From Blastocladiella emersonii ATCC 22665 (taxonomy: Eukaryota; Fungi; Blastocladiomycota), in the NCBI GenBank assembly GCA_025594325.1, contig JANHCV010000012.1, positions 1,364,001 to 1,428,000 on the forward strand: a stretch of 64,000 nt of DNA, written 5' to 3'. The position numbers and the translations under genes are program-made. The stretch's first letter is position 1; each line of letters opens with the position of its first letter. The notes under the pieces are model-generated. The model saw nothing but the letters and a program-made list of their open reading frames with translations, searched no databases and had not been told where the DNA came from. This document shows, in pieces, positions 24,385 to 35,201 of the stretch.

Positions 24385-24783
24385 TGTGATCGGGGGTTTT
24401 ATGCACGAATTTAAGCTTGTTGTGTTCTGGAGCGGTGGAGTGTGGGAGGCGAGCGGTAGTGGAGCGCTGGACGCGGCTTATCTCGGCTATCTCCGCTATC
24501 GGAGGCTGAGGCGAAACGGCGCCATCTCGGATCAGCGGCGCCGTGTTTCGGATTCGGGTCAGCGGACCATCCATCGCGCCGGTGAAGCACGGCCAGTCAT
24601 CGCGATGACTCGCCCTCGCCGCCGTCTCCCGCCGTACTTGAAGGCAGCGACCCCCGCGCCGTCGGCCACGGCCTGCTCTCTCTCCCCCCCTGCACGCCTC
24701 GATCCTCTTGCTCGACGGCGTACACTCCCCCGCCGCCACCCTTGAATGCATCACCTGTCCAACACCACCGCGACTCCGACACC

Positions 24784-26306
24784 ATGCCACCGACAACCGC
24801 CACCACCACCTGCCACGCCTCGCTCGCCGCCGCCGCCATGACGACACTCTCGGGACTCACGCACACGTACTCGTCGGCGTTCGCGTCGGCCAACAAGTTT
24901 GAGCTGGCGCCCGCGTGTCTGCTCGACCTGCGCGCCGTGTTCGCGTCGCGCGCGTGGCCGCCGACCACCGCGGGCGATGCCGACGAGTCGGGCGCGATCG
25001 CATGGTGGGACGCCATCGACTTTCGCCCGCGCCCGAGCCCGCACCTAGCCGTCAACCTCGACCGCGTGCGCCCGCTGCTCGTCCAGGCGTGCGGCGGATG
25101 GCCCGACCTCGTCCCCGCCACCAACGCCGAGCTCGCGCGCCTCCTCGCGGACCAGCTGGTACGCTCTGCCGCCATCTACATGCTGTGAACCGCAACTCAC
25201 GCTTCACCCTCCACCGCTAGCTGTCCGACCCCGTGGTCGCCTCGGTCATGCCCGTGCGCGACGCCGAGCTGCGCGTGACGCTGCGCGACTACACCCCGCT
25301 GCTCGACGCCATGGTCGCGTCGTCGGCGCTGGCCCGCGCCCCGCCGGCCTCGCCGACCCCGTTCTTCTCCTCCCCCAAATCGTCGCGCCCGACGTCGCCC
25401 GCCGGCTCCTCGGCGCCCACCCCGCTCGTCTACCTGTACCCCACGACCTCCCCGACGAGCACGCGCGGGACCCTTCTCGCCGCCTTCCTCGCGCGCCTGT
25501 CGGGCGCTCCGGGCACCATGCACCCGCCCTCGGCCTCGGCCTCCCCAACTCCCGCGCCCGCACTCGAGGGCAAGCTGCACCACCTGCTCCGCGCGCTGCC
25601 CGTCATGACGGCGCCCGGCGGCACTAAGCTCGTCGACTGCGGCGCCGACGCGGGTGTCGCGGTCTTGTTCTCACGCGGGAACTGGACCCCGCTCGCGGCG
25701 CTCGTCGCCGACCTCGCCGCGCGCCGTAGCGGGACGACCGCGTTCCTCGTGTGCCCCGTCGGGTGCGAGGCCGCAGCGGGGCAGGTCGTCGCGCTACTCC
25801 GGATGCTCGACGCGCCGTGTACCGTGCGCGTCGTCGCGTACGTCGAGTCGCTGGCGGCGGGGACCAGTGAAGGTGCTGGTGAAGCGCTCGCGGTCCTCGC
25901 GGCCAACCGCCGCAAGCCGCTCGCCGGTAGCGGGTCCGGGTCCGGGTCCGGGTCGCGCGCCAACGAGTGGGCGTGCATCCGCGCCGCGTGCACCGCCGCG
26001 TCGACCTCCGCCACGGCACGCCCGTCTCCGCGCGGGAGCACCGACTCCGCCGCCACGGCCGAGGCGTGGGCCGAGCTCGCCTTCACGCTCGCGCAGTACC
26101 CGAGCGTGCTGCACCGGTGCGCGCGCGGCGCCGAGTCGTCGCCGCTCGCGACCTACGCCGTGCGCGCCGCCAAGCTCGCCCTCCGTGCCACCCGCCGCGG
26201 GACCACGTCGGCGAACACGAACACGGCGGCGGTGGCGCGCGCCGCGGCCGAGGTCCTCGAGCACGCCGCGTGGGTCCTCGCTGGCGACGGCGCTGACGAT
26301 GTGTGA
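24784..26306 (+). CDS. Degenerate arginyl-tRNA synthetase-like protein with a C-terminal DALR anticodon-binding domain (HIGH/KMSKS lost); intron 25159-25220
   Basis: The C-terminus WAELAFTLAQYPSVLHRCARGAESSPLATY...VARAAAEVLEHAAWVLAG fits a DALR domain. Internal segments are collinear with ArgRS (TRGTLLAAFLARL; GGTKLVDCG...VLFSRGNWT; FLVCPVG...QVVALLRML) but lack the catalytic signatures. Confidence 0.7.
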
Positions 26307-26643
26307 CGATGATGATGAACGACTCGATACAATGTAAACCGTTTTTGCTTCCCAACCCTGGAATTCTCGCGCGGGAAAAAGAAGAAGGCGCGCGCCACGT
26401 GATGTCTCGCAGCTGGCGCGACGCGTGCGCCCCGTCATCATCCCTCACGCCCACACCAACACGCGCGCACCCCTCACACGCGGGCGCGCGGGCGAAAACA
26501 GCCGGAAACCTGCTCTGCCCATGAACATGCACGCGTGTTCGGTGCGCGCCCGCTGCGGCGCGGGTGGTTGTTCTCGTCAACCCGCCTTATCGCCTCGCGC
26601 GCGCGCGCCGAGAAAGAAGAAGCGGCGCGCTCGGGGAGACGTT

Positions 26644-26977
26644 AACAAGCACGCGGGCGACGCGGCGATCACGCCCTGCCGCCGCCCGCGCCGAAACAAG
26701 CAGGGACAGTGGTGGCGAGGGGACGCGACGCGACGCGCCATGACGCACGACACGCGAAAACATGTTCGACGCGACGCGCGCCGTCTCCCAGCGCGCCCGC
26801 CGCCGCCTTCTTGTTCGCCGCCGCCGCCACTCACCTGCTTGTTCCCTCCACCTTGGTTCCCGTGCTTGACACGCACACGCACGCACGCGCACGCGGCGGC
26901 GCCCGCCGTGTGCTGCGCGCGTCGTGCCGCTTTCCTTCGCGCCGCGCCAGCCAGCACGCGCGGCCGCCCGTATAAAA
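26644..26977 (+). promoter_or_regulatory. Promoter of Thr-rich gene 1: four CTTGTT/AACAAG sites, a 16-bp block shared with the paralogue, and a TATA box
   Basis: AACAAG at 26644 and 26695; CTTGTT at 26810 and 26838; GCCGTCTCCCAGCGCG at 26780-26795; GGCCGCCCG followed by TATAAAA at 26971. Confidence 0.65.
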
Positions 26978-27203
26978 CGGCGCCGCGCCCCCGGCCATCT
27001 CCCCTTCTCTCGTCCAGCACCTCCCCTCCTCCCGCCGTCCTCGCATACACCCGATACACGGGCTTCGGGTCGCCATCCTCGCTCCTCCCCACCCCTCGCC
27101 AAGACTTTGCTTCGCTTGCACTACTCGCTCGTACACCGGCGCGCGGCCTCGATACACACACACAGCTCCTCGCATACATCCCCACCCCTACACCATCACC
27201 AAC

Positions 27204-28460
27204 ATGACCAAGCTGTCCGCCCTCCTCTGCGTCCTCTTCCTGGCCACGGCCGCCAACAACGCGCTTGCGTATGTGTCCCGCTGCTCGCCTGCGACGCGTC
27301 GTCGCGGTTCCCACGCCTCTTCGCGACCTGATGCTAACGCTCGCCCCTCCCCCGACATCCACAGGCTCCCCGTCTACCAGCAGTCGGCCATCGCGACGAC
27401 CACGGCCGGCGCCGCGGCCGCCGAGGAGACGATCATCGACTTCCCGAGCGAGACCACGGTGACCGAGACCGAGACGCAGACGGCGACGGTGGTCGAGACC
27501 CAGACCGACACGGCGACTGAGACCCAGACGGTGATCGGCTCGACGCCCGTGCCCGACTCGACGACCATGGTCACGCTCATCTCGTCGGCGTCGTCGTCGG
27601 CGGTCCCGACCACGACGGCCGTCGACATCCCGACCCCGACGTGGGTCTACACGACGCACGCGCCCTCGACGACGGCCACGCCGACGTACACGAGCTCGGT
27701 CGCGTCCACCACGGTCGTGACGGGCGGCGGCGGCGACGCTGGGTCGACGGTCCCGGCGTACAACTACGGCACGGCCACGTCGGCCGTCGACTCGACGACC
27801 TACACGCAGACGGCGACCTCGACGACGGGCGGCGACGGCGGCGTCGCGTCCGTCACCCAGGACACGACCATCACGCAGACGGCGACGCGGTTCGTCACCA
27901 ACACGGCCGTGACCACGATCACGTCGTCGTGCGCCCCGACCACCACCACCATCACCGAGACTGAGACGACGGTCGTCCCGACCACGATCGTGTCGACGTC
28001 GACGCTTGACGTGACCGCCACCGAGACGGCGACTGTGACCGCGACGGCGACCGTCACCAACACGGCGACCGAGACCTCGACGGCTACCGCCACCGCGACC
28101 GTGACCGCCACCGAGACGGCGACGGCGACCGCGACCCAGGTGTCGACCGCGACGGCGACGGTGACCGTGACCGAGACCCAGACGGCGCAGGCGACCACGA
28201 CGGCGACGCGCACCGTGTCGTCGGCGACGGCCGTGACCGTGACGAACCAGGCGACGGCGACCGAGACGACGACGATCAACGTGACGACCACCGACAACGT
28301 GACGGCGACGCAGACGGCCACGGTGACCTTCACGGCGGCCGAGGTGACGACCATCACGGCGCCCTGCGAGGACGGCACGGCCACGTCGGTTGGCGTCGTG
28401 ACCACGACCACGTCGGCGTACCCCGTGACGACGCCCTGCGAGACGACGACCGCGGCCTAA
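27204..28460 (+). CDS. Secreted Thr-rich mucin/adhesin-like protein 1; intron 27269-27364
   Basis: Signal peptide MTKLSALLCVLFLATAANNALA, then TAT/TET/TVT repeats ending TTPCETTTAA*. No transmembrane or GPI-like tail. The intron reads GTATGT..GCTAAC..CAG. Confidence 0.8.
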   Translation: MTKLSALLCVLFLATAANNALAYVSRCSPATRRRGSHASSRPDANARPSPDIHRLPVYQQSAIATTTAGAAAAEETIIDFPSETTVTETETQTATVVETQTDTATETQTVIGSTPVPDSTTMVTLISSASSSAVPTTTAVDIPTPTWVYTTHAPSTTATPTYTSSVASTTVVTGGGGDAGSTVPAYNYGTATSAVDSTTYTQTATSTTGGDGGVASVTQDTTITQTATRFVTNTAVTTITSSCAPTTTTITETETTVVPTTIVSTSTLDVTATETATVTATATVTNTATETSTATATATVTATETATATATQVSTATATVTVTETQTAQATTTATRTVSSATAVTVTNQATATETTTINVTTTDNVTATQTATVTFTAAEVTTITAPCEDGTATSVGVVTTTTSAYPVTTPCETTTAA

Positions 28461-29333
28461 GAAGGCGGTGGGCGAGCGGCGAGCTGCAGTCTCGACCAAC
28501 CTCCCCGCGCGCGCTGGCGTACGACATCCAAGAAACCAAGAAACCCCCTCCTCATTAGCACTTTTTGATCCACGATCATCTCTACCCTCCCTCCCTTCTC
28601 TCCTCTCCATCGCACTACCCCCCTCTTGCACTTGTCTGATCTTTCCCCCCTATCTTGTGTCTCCTCCTCATCCACGGGCCGGTCATCCCGCGGACGGACG
28701 GTGATATCTTCCTGGCATGCTTCTCTCTCCTCCCCCTCCCCTCATTGGCAATACACATGGTAATCTGCATCATCCACTGCTCGTCTCTCGTGTCTCTCGG
28801 CTTTGCTTGTGCGCGACGGTGGCCTTGGCCATCGTCGCGCTTGAGTTGCGTTCGATGCATCGCGCGTTGCTTGGCTTCCGCTCCCGAGTTGCTCGCGCCT
28901 CGAGCATGATTCTCGTTCTTCGCCGCTGGTCAGCTCATCCTTGAATTGACTTGGTCGCATCGGCCATGGATTGAATGCCGTGAAGCGGTGGTGCCGCTCG
29001 TCGCGTTGGTCGTGGCCACGGCCATGGCCGACTTCGTTCTCGCTCACACGTACGTACGCTCATGTACCGGCGAGCCCGCCGTTCTCGGACAAGGTAATGC
29101 TTGCGCTCAGCGTCTTTCGCGACCATGGTCGACTTGATGATCTCTCGCTCGCCCGTCAACGTCCATCCTTTGAGCCGCCGACCCGCGGCGAAGGCGAAGC
29201 CTCCGCTCGTCGCCCGGGCCACGGCCACGGCCGACTTGCGTGCGCAGTTCGACCACTCTTCACTCGCCCTTCCACGCCAAGATCTCGACAGAATCAAGTA
29301 TATCCTTTGTCCCCTCCCCCACCATCTCGCGCA

Positions 29334-30444
29334 TCAGAACTGCACCCACCCAGTCGCCGCCGCCCCGCTAGCACTCGGCGACCCGGCGGCCTTGGGCGGC
29401 GGCGCCGCTGCCGCGGTAAAGTCGGCCCAGTCGTCGCTGCCGCCGCTGTGCCGCTTGCTGGCGGCGGGCGGTGGCGCGGAGAACGCGCCGAACGGCGAGT
29501 CGTCGAAGGCCGCGAAGGATGACGGCGCAGGAGCAGCGGCAGCGAACGCGCCGAACGGTGCACCGGCCGCGGGCGGGGCGGCGAACGGCGTGAAGTTGGT
29601 GCCCGCGGGCGGCGGGGGCGGGAAGAAGCCGGTGTCGGCGCCGCCGGCGGGGAGCGCGGCGGGTGCGGGTGCGGCGGTTGCGGACGTGCCGCCGAGTTTC
29701 TTGGCGAGCTACACACGAGTGACGGATGTCAGCCCACCGAGCTCAGTGAGTACCCGGTCCACGTACGACGCCAATATTGATCTTGATCTGCTGCCCCTCC
29801 TTGAGCCCGAGATCGAGCGGCGGACCCGCGGCCACCGCAGCCGCCGCTGCCGCCGCCCCACCGAGCGCGGCGGCGCCGCCCGTCTCGTACTTGACCTGCT
29901 TGGCGAAATCCTGCATGGCGACGTTCCAGTCAAACGCGTCGGCGCGCTCGGCGAACCCGAACCCGACCCAGGCGTGGCGCGCGGACGCGCGGTCCGTGAG
30001 TCGGATCACAAAGTACCGCGACGAGTCGAGCACGCGCTCCACGTCCGTGTCCGGGTCGCGCACCAGCGACTCGCCGAACAGCTCGCCCGTCATGCTGTCC
30101 TCGAGCTTCACGACGCACAGCGACCACGGGCCCTCGGGCGCGCTCGGCTTGATCATCTGTTTCGCGAGCGCGGGACCCAGCGCGCGTGACGCCGCCGCGG
30201 GGCTCGCGTACGTGACGTGCAGCACGCGCAGACGGCCTGACCACGCCTTGGACGTGTCCCAGTCGGCCGCCTTGTACCCCTCGGCGCGCGTGCGCGGCGG
30301 GATCGGGAAGACTTGCGCCTCGCGCTTGACGAGGAGCGTGGCTGCGCGCAGGGGTCGGCGGAGTGATCAGAGCGTGTGCGCGGCGGGCTCTCAACGCGGC
30401 GGCGTACCCTCGAGGGGCGGCGAGTCGGGCGGGAGGGAGGCCAT
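29334..30444 (-). CDS. NECAP: Adaptin ear-binding coat-associated protein NECAP; introns 30342-30407 and 29709-29766
   Basis: IPPRTRAEGYKAADW, WSGRLRV, VERVLDSSRYFVIR, GFGFAERADAFDWNVAMQD, LDLGLKEGQQIKINI, and the terminal WVQF* AP-2-binding motif. Confidence 0.92.
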
Positions 30445-30608
30445 GTTGATGCGTTGCAGCGGGTGGTTTCAATTTAGGCCGAGCGAGAGCGATGCATGGA
30501 GCGGCGATGCGCTTCGTCGGGGAGAGCGGCGAACGGTGGCGCGGCCGACCTGCACATGAACGACGCGTCTCACAAAGCTCCGTGTGTTGTATTACTCCTC
30601 CCCGTGAG

Positions 30609-33337
30609 CTATGCCACGTACACGTAGCGGTCGTTCCCGCCCGTCGCGCGCTCAATGTACTGCTTGTCGATGAGGATCTCGATGCACTTCTTGATGAGCG
30701 CGATCGACGGCCGGAACCGCGCCGTGGCCAGGTCGATGACCGACGTGACCAGCTGGTTGTGGTCGACGGTCCGCTGCGACTTCATGATCCGCACCATGGT
30801 CGCCTGCAGGAACAGCTTGCGGTCCTCCTCGACCGCCGCGCGCGTCGCCTCGTCGTCCTCGTCGTCGCCGCCCGCACCCGTCCCGCGCCGACCGCTCCGC
30901 AGCGCACCGTTGCTCCCGCCACCCGCCGATGCACCGCCCGCTACGCTGTCTGCGAGCGACAGCGTGAGCCGCAGCTTGGCGCGCTTGCTCGTGAACGCGT
31001 CGTTGATGGCGATCGCGCCGCCGTCGGACCCGTCGGCCGCCGCGAGGAGGAGCCCCGCGTCGATGAGCGACTGCACGGTGCGGTCGGCGTCGTGCTGCGG
31101 GCACCCGAGGGCGCCGGCGATCTCGGCGCGAGTCAGCCGGGGCGCATCGTTGAACAGGGCGAGCACCGCGTACTGGTGCAGGGCGACCGACACCTCGTAC
31201 CGCTTGTCGAACCCGTTGAGCCGCACGTCGGCGCGGCACAGGTGCCACATCCAGAACAGCTTGCGGCCGTTGTGCTTGGTCCCGTAGAAGGCGGTGAACG
31301 CGGCGACGCTGGCGGCGATGGGCGCGGGGAGGTGCGGGAGGACGGGTGCCGACGCCTGCGAGATGGGCCAGGTCCCCGCCGTCAGCACCATGGCGTGCAG
31401 CTCGGGCCCGGCGTGGTCGGGGAACTCGCGGAACTGCGCGGACGTGTCGGCGCTCAGCGTCATGTCCGTGAACATGCGCTGCAGCTTGGACGTGTACTCG
31501 ACGCCGCACGCCATCTTGAGCCGAGTCAGCACCGTGTACTCGAGCTCGTCCGACGTCGAGAGCCGCTGGATCAGCCGCTTGGCGAGCAGCCGAGCGTAAA
31601 CCTTTTGGAACACGTCCTTGTCGTCGATGTACGCGAACAGGACCATGACCTGCACCAGGGCGCGCTCCACCTCGGCGTCCGACTGCTTGCTCGACTTTTT
31701 CATCAGCCAGTCCACGTACTGCGCAATCTGCTTGGGCGAGTTGACCGCGTCGCTGTCGTTGATCACGGACCGGTACGCCTTGTCGAGCGACGCCACGAAC
31801 TTGGGGTCGTTCTTGAACAGCGCCTGGATCTCCGACGTCCGCGTCGCGTGCAGGTCGCCGAGCGATGCGACGAGCGTGCGCGGGTCCTGTTCACGGGGGT
31901 CAGGTTAGCGCACGCCGCGGGTGTCGAGTAAGTACGCCGATCACGTACGGGCGACAGCAGCTTGCGGCCCTCCTCGCCGACAAACGCCTCGTAGACCTGC
32001 GTCAGGAGCGTGATGCCGTTCGGGATCTGCGACAGGAGCGAGTACGCGAGCTCGAGGTCTATAGACGGTGTGGCGGTGAGCGACCGGGTCGAGCTCGCAG
32101 CGTCGTGGGAGCAGAAGGTACCCTCGCGGCGCGTGTGCACCAGCATGTCCTTGAAGCTGAAGCAGATCTTGTCCTTGTGCGCGTCAATATACTGCGCGTT
32201 GCACTCGAACAGGACCTATGTGCTCCCGGAGTGAGTACTCGGAGAGGAGAGGTGACTCGGCAAGTTGGCGTACCTTCTCGACCGAGCTCGGGTGCAGGTA
32301 CCTCGCCGCGCGCGACTGCTCCTGCTTCAGCCGGTCGTCGGCCTACACCACCACGCGCGGGTCAGCTACCAAGCGCACAGGCGCAGCAGCGGGCAACGCA
32401 CCATGCGCATGAACTCGGACACGCTGAGGTCTCGTGCGTAGCGGCGGCTCTCGGTCTCGTAGTACTTGCGCGACTCGGCGATGAACACCGACTCGTAGTC
32501 GTAGAGGTACAGCGACATGGACTGCGAGACGCGGGCCTGCAGGGTGACGAGCGACAGGGCGAGCGCCTTGCACGCCTCGTGCGGGCCGAGCACGCCCTCG
32601 CGGTCGCCGCGCACCACGTCGGCCACGGACCCGATCAGGTCCTTGCGCAGCTTGCGGAACACGTTGTCCTTCCACAGCACAAAGGCGAGCTACACGCACG
32701 GTGGTAACGGGTGAGGTGCGGCGGTCGGCGCACCGGCGCGCGCGAGGTGAGGAGAAGCGTACGCTCTCGACGGACTGGCGCTTGTACACGCTGTCGCGAA
32801 CGAGCGGGCGGCGCTCCTGGTGCGCGCGCATCGCGACGCTCATGTTGGCGCCGCGCAGCGGGGTGCAGATGGACCGGTTGAGCACGTCGCACACGATGTT
32901 GAGCGTCTGCGTCGCGAACAGGTAGATTTCCCACTCGGCCGCGTACGTCTGCAGCGCGTGGTCGCTGGCGTGGACGCGCTACACGCAATGGGACCGTCGT
33001 CGTGTCAGGCGCGCCAGTGACTGCCGGAGTGAGCGAGCGAGCGCACCTTGGCAATCTCCTGCGTGTGCCGCGCGAGGTAGTCGGCGAGGCGCAGGAACAG
33101 GTCCTCGGCCATGGGCTTGGGCCGCGTGTTGCACATCTGGTACACCGACCTGGAGGTCCCGCGGAAACGTCAGCGTGCGCGCCCGTCACGCGGTAGCCGA
33201 AAACCATACTCGTAGAGGTCCATGCCGCCGACGACGGCGCCCGGGTCGCTCGGGGTGCACGAGAAGAGCTGGTCGACGACCCGGATGAACCCGGTGAAGA
33301 CGGCCTCAAAGTCGATTCGTTTGCGGCCGAGTGACAT
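30609..33337 (-). CDS. CUL2: Cullin-2; 7 introns (33150-33209, 32979-33046, 32690-32762, 32343-32401, 32216-32273, 32059-32121, 31887-31948)
   Basis: MSLGRKRIDF, MCNTRPKPMAEDLF, YIDDKDVFQKVYARLLAKRLI, LKMACGVEYTSKLQRMFTDMTLSAD, and the neddylation region LQATMVRIMK...IKKCIEILIDKQYIER. The N-terminus and DDKDVFQK..AR/ACG segments look most like CUL2. Confidence 0.8.
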
Positions 33338-33691
33338 GGTTTGGTGATGATACGTTGCAGCGAGTCGGTGCGCTTGATCGGCGGTTGGAGCGGCCGGCCG
33401 AGGAGAAGTGGCGGTCGGGTCAGCCAGCGCGCGGCCACGGCGGCGCGTCGACGCGCGACTCGAGCGGTGCTCACCGCCACCTGACTCGCTCGGATCACGG
33501 CTCAGAACTAGCGACTCGCAAAGCACCAGCAGCAGAAGGGATGCAGAAAACGGGTTACATGCGCGTTTGAATGTACTGTATTTCAACCAGTCGAGTCGAT
33601 CAAGCAGGAGGCAGAAGAGGAGATGGCGGCGGCATCGGAGAGATCATATTCACACCAGCGCTATCGCCACAAACCCCAACCACACAGAGCC

Positions 33692-34249
33692 TTACTCGCC
33701 GCGGCGGAGGGCAGCCTTGGCCTTGATGACGGCGGTCTTCTTGGTCAGCTTCTTGGACTTGGGGGCCTTGGCGGCAACCTCCTGCGAGCCGGCCTCGGCC
33801 ACGATCAGCTCGACGTGGCAGGGGTGCGACTGGTAGGGGTTGATGCGGCCGTGGGCGCGGTAGGTGCGGCGGCGCATCTTGGGGGCCTGCTGGACCTGGA
33901 TGTGCTTGATGACGAGCTTCTCGGCGTCGAGCTCCTTGGCCTTGGCGTTGGCCTCGGCGTTCTGGAGCAGGTCGAGCAGGAACTCGGCCGACTTGACGGG
34001 CCAGCGGGCCTGCGTGGTGTTCCACTCCTTGGCCTGGGCGGTACGGCCGACACCACCGTTGAAGCGGCGGAAGGGCACGGCGCGCTTGTGGGCCTTGACG
34101 TCCTCGAGGAACTGCACGGCCTTGTGCAGCTGCATGCCCGAGATGGTGGCAGCGGCCTCGCGCGTGTTCTTGAACGAGACGCGGAGGTACTCGCCGCGGG
34201 CCTTGGCGGTCTTGGCCTCGTTGGAGGGGGTAGCCGAGTAACGAACCAT
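33692..34249 (-). CDS. RPL17: 60S ribosomal protein L17 (uL22), coding region intronless
   Basis: MVRYS...[69 protein letters not shown]. Confidence 0.98.
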   Translation of the reverse strand: MVRYSATPSNEAKTAKARGEYLRVSFKNTREAAATISGMQLHKAVQFLEDVKAHKRAVPFRRFNGGVGRTAQAKEWNTTQARWPVKSAEFLLDLLQNAEANAKAKELDAEKLVIKHIQVQQAPKMRRRTYRAHGRINPYQSHPCHVELIVAEAGSQEVAAKAPKSKKLTKKTAVIKAKAALRRGE

Positions 34250-34265
34250 ATTGACAACTATGGAC

Positions 34266-34594
34266 CTGCGGGGAGACGCACAGCGGGGGCTCGTCAGCGT
34301 CAAGTTCATGGATCAGAGGTTCGGCGTGCACGCCGGCCGTCGGTCGGTCGTCTGCACCACCACACGCATCGCACAGCCACCCACTCGTCGTGCGCCAAAA
34401 AAAAACGCCATCCGGCGTCGTCGTCGTCGTAAATCCATCCGACGTCGTTTCGGCAGCCGTCTGCGTCCCGTGTCGAAAATCGAACGAACAGCGTTTGGTT
34501 CATCAGGGTCACACGGTCGACAGGGTCACGCCGCAGGTGCTCCGCTGAGCGCAGCCCGCGCAGCGTGGACAGTGACGGTGACCACAGCCCGTAC
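34266..34594 (-). other. Probable long (329-nt) 5'-UTR intron of RPL17
   Basis: Acceptor CAG 16 nt before the ATG, branch GCTGAC at 34293-34298, consensus donor GTACGG at 34594. A weaker alternative donor GTGCGA at 34374 would give 109 nt. Confidence 0.55.
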
Positions 34595-35201
34595 TTTCCG
34601 CAGGGCGAGGTCGACGTAACGGTTGCCGGGACGGCGTGACAGGTCCAGCGCGCAAAAAATCCGTGCACAAAACGGGCGCGGAAGGTGCGCGGGAGCGGCG
34701 AAACGGCGAGGCGGCGCGTGGCGAGGCGGGATGGATGGACGTGATCACCCGCGCGGCGGGGTGGCCTGGAGGCGGGACGGCGTTGATGCATGGCTCCGCT
34801 GGGCGAGCGGGCGGCGACAGCGATTCATGGCGTTGGCGGCAGCGATTCATGGGTGGTGGCGGTGACGGCGGCGACGGCGGCGTGCTTGCAGCGAATTTTT
34901 CGACGCACTTACCGTGCCGTGTAGGTGAGAAGGAGCGGGGAACGTCGCTCGTCGGCCCGTTCACCGAGGCGGCCCAGCCGCGAGGCGCCGTGTGGCGCGG
35001 CCGTGTGGCGCTCAGCGTCGAGAGGCCCTTGGGAGTGAGGCATGTGGCCCCACCTGAGCCAACTCAACAAGCCGCCCCGTTCGCTGCTGCGACGCATCCG
35101 CCCTCCCGACCTTCGAGGCCCGCAGAACACTCAGAGATCAGGCCGCTTCGTTACGCATCGCGCACACGCCGCTCGCCGCGCTGTACTCTACGCATCGACT
35201 C

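Noticed and set aside
24483-24510. Hairpin CTCGGC..CTCCG-CTAT-CGGAG..GCTGAG downstream of the SH3 gene
   Set aside because: It is short, has no supporting context, and is plausible by chance in GC-rich DNA.
34530-34545. U58-like snoRNA guide in the RPL17 intron
   Set aside because: Only about 8 nt (CACCTGCG) are complementary to the remembered LSU target, and they lie outside the C-to-D interval.
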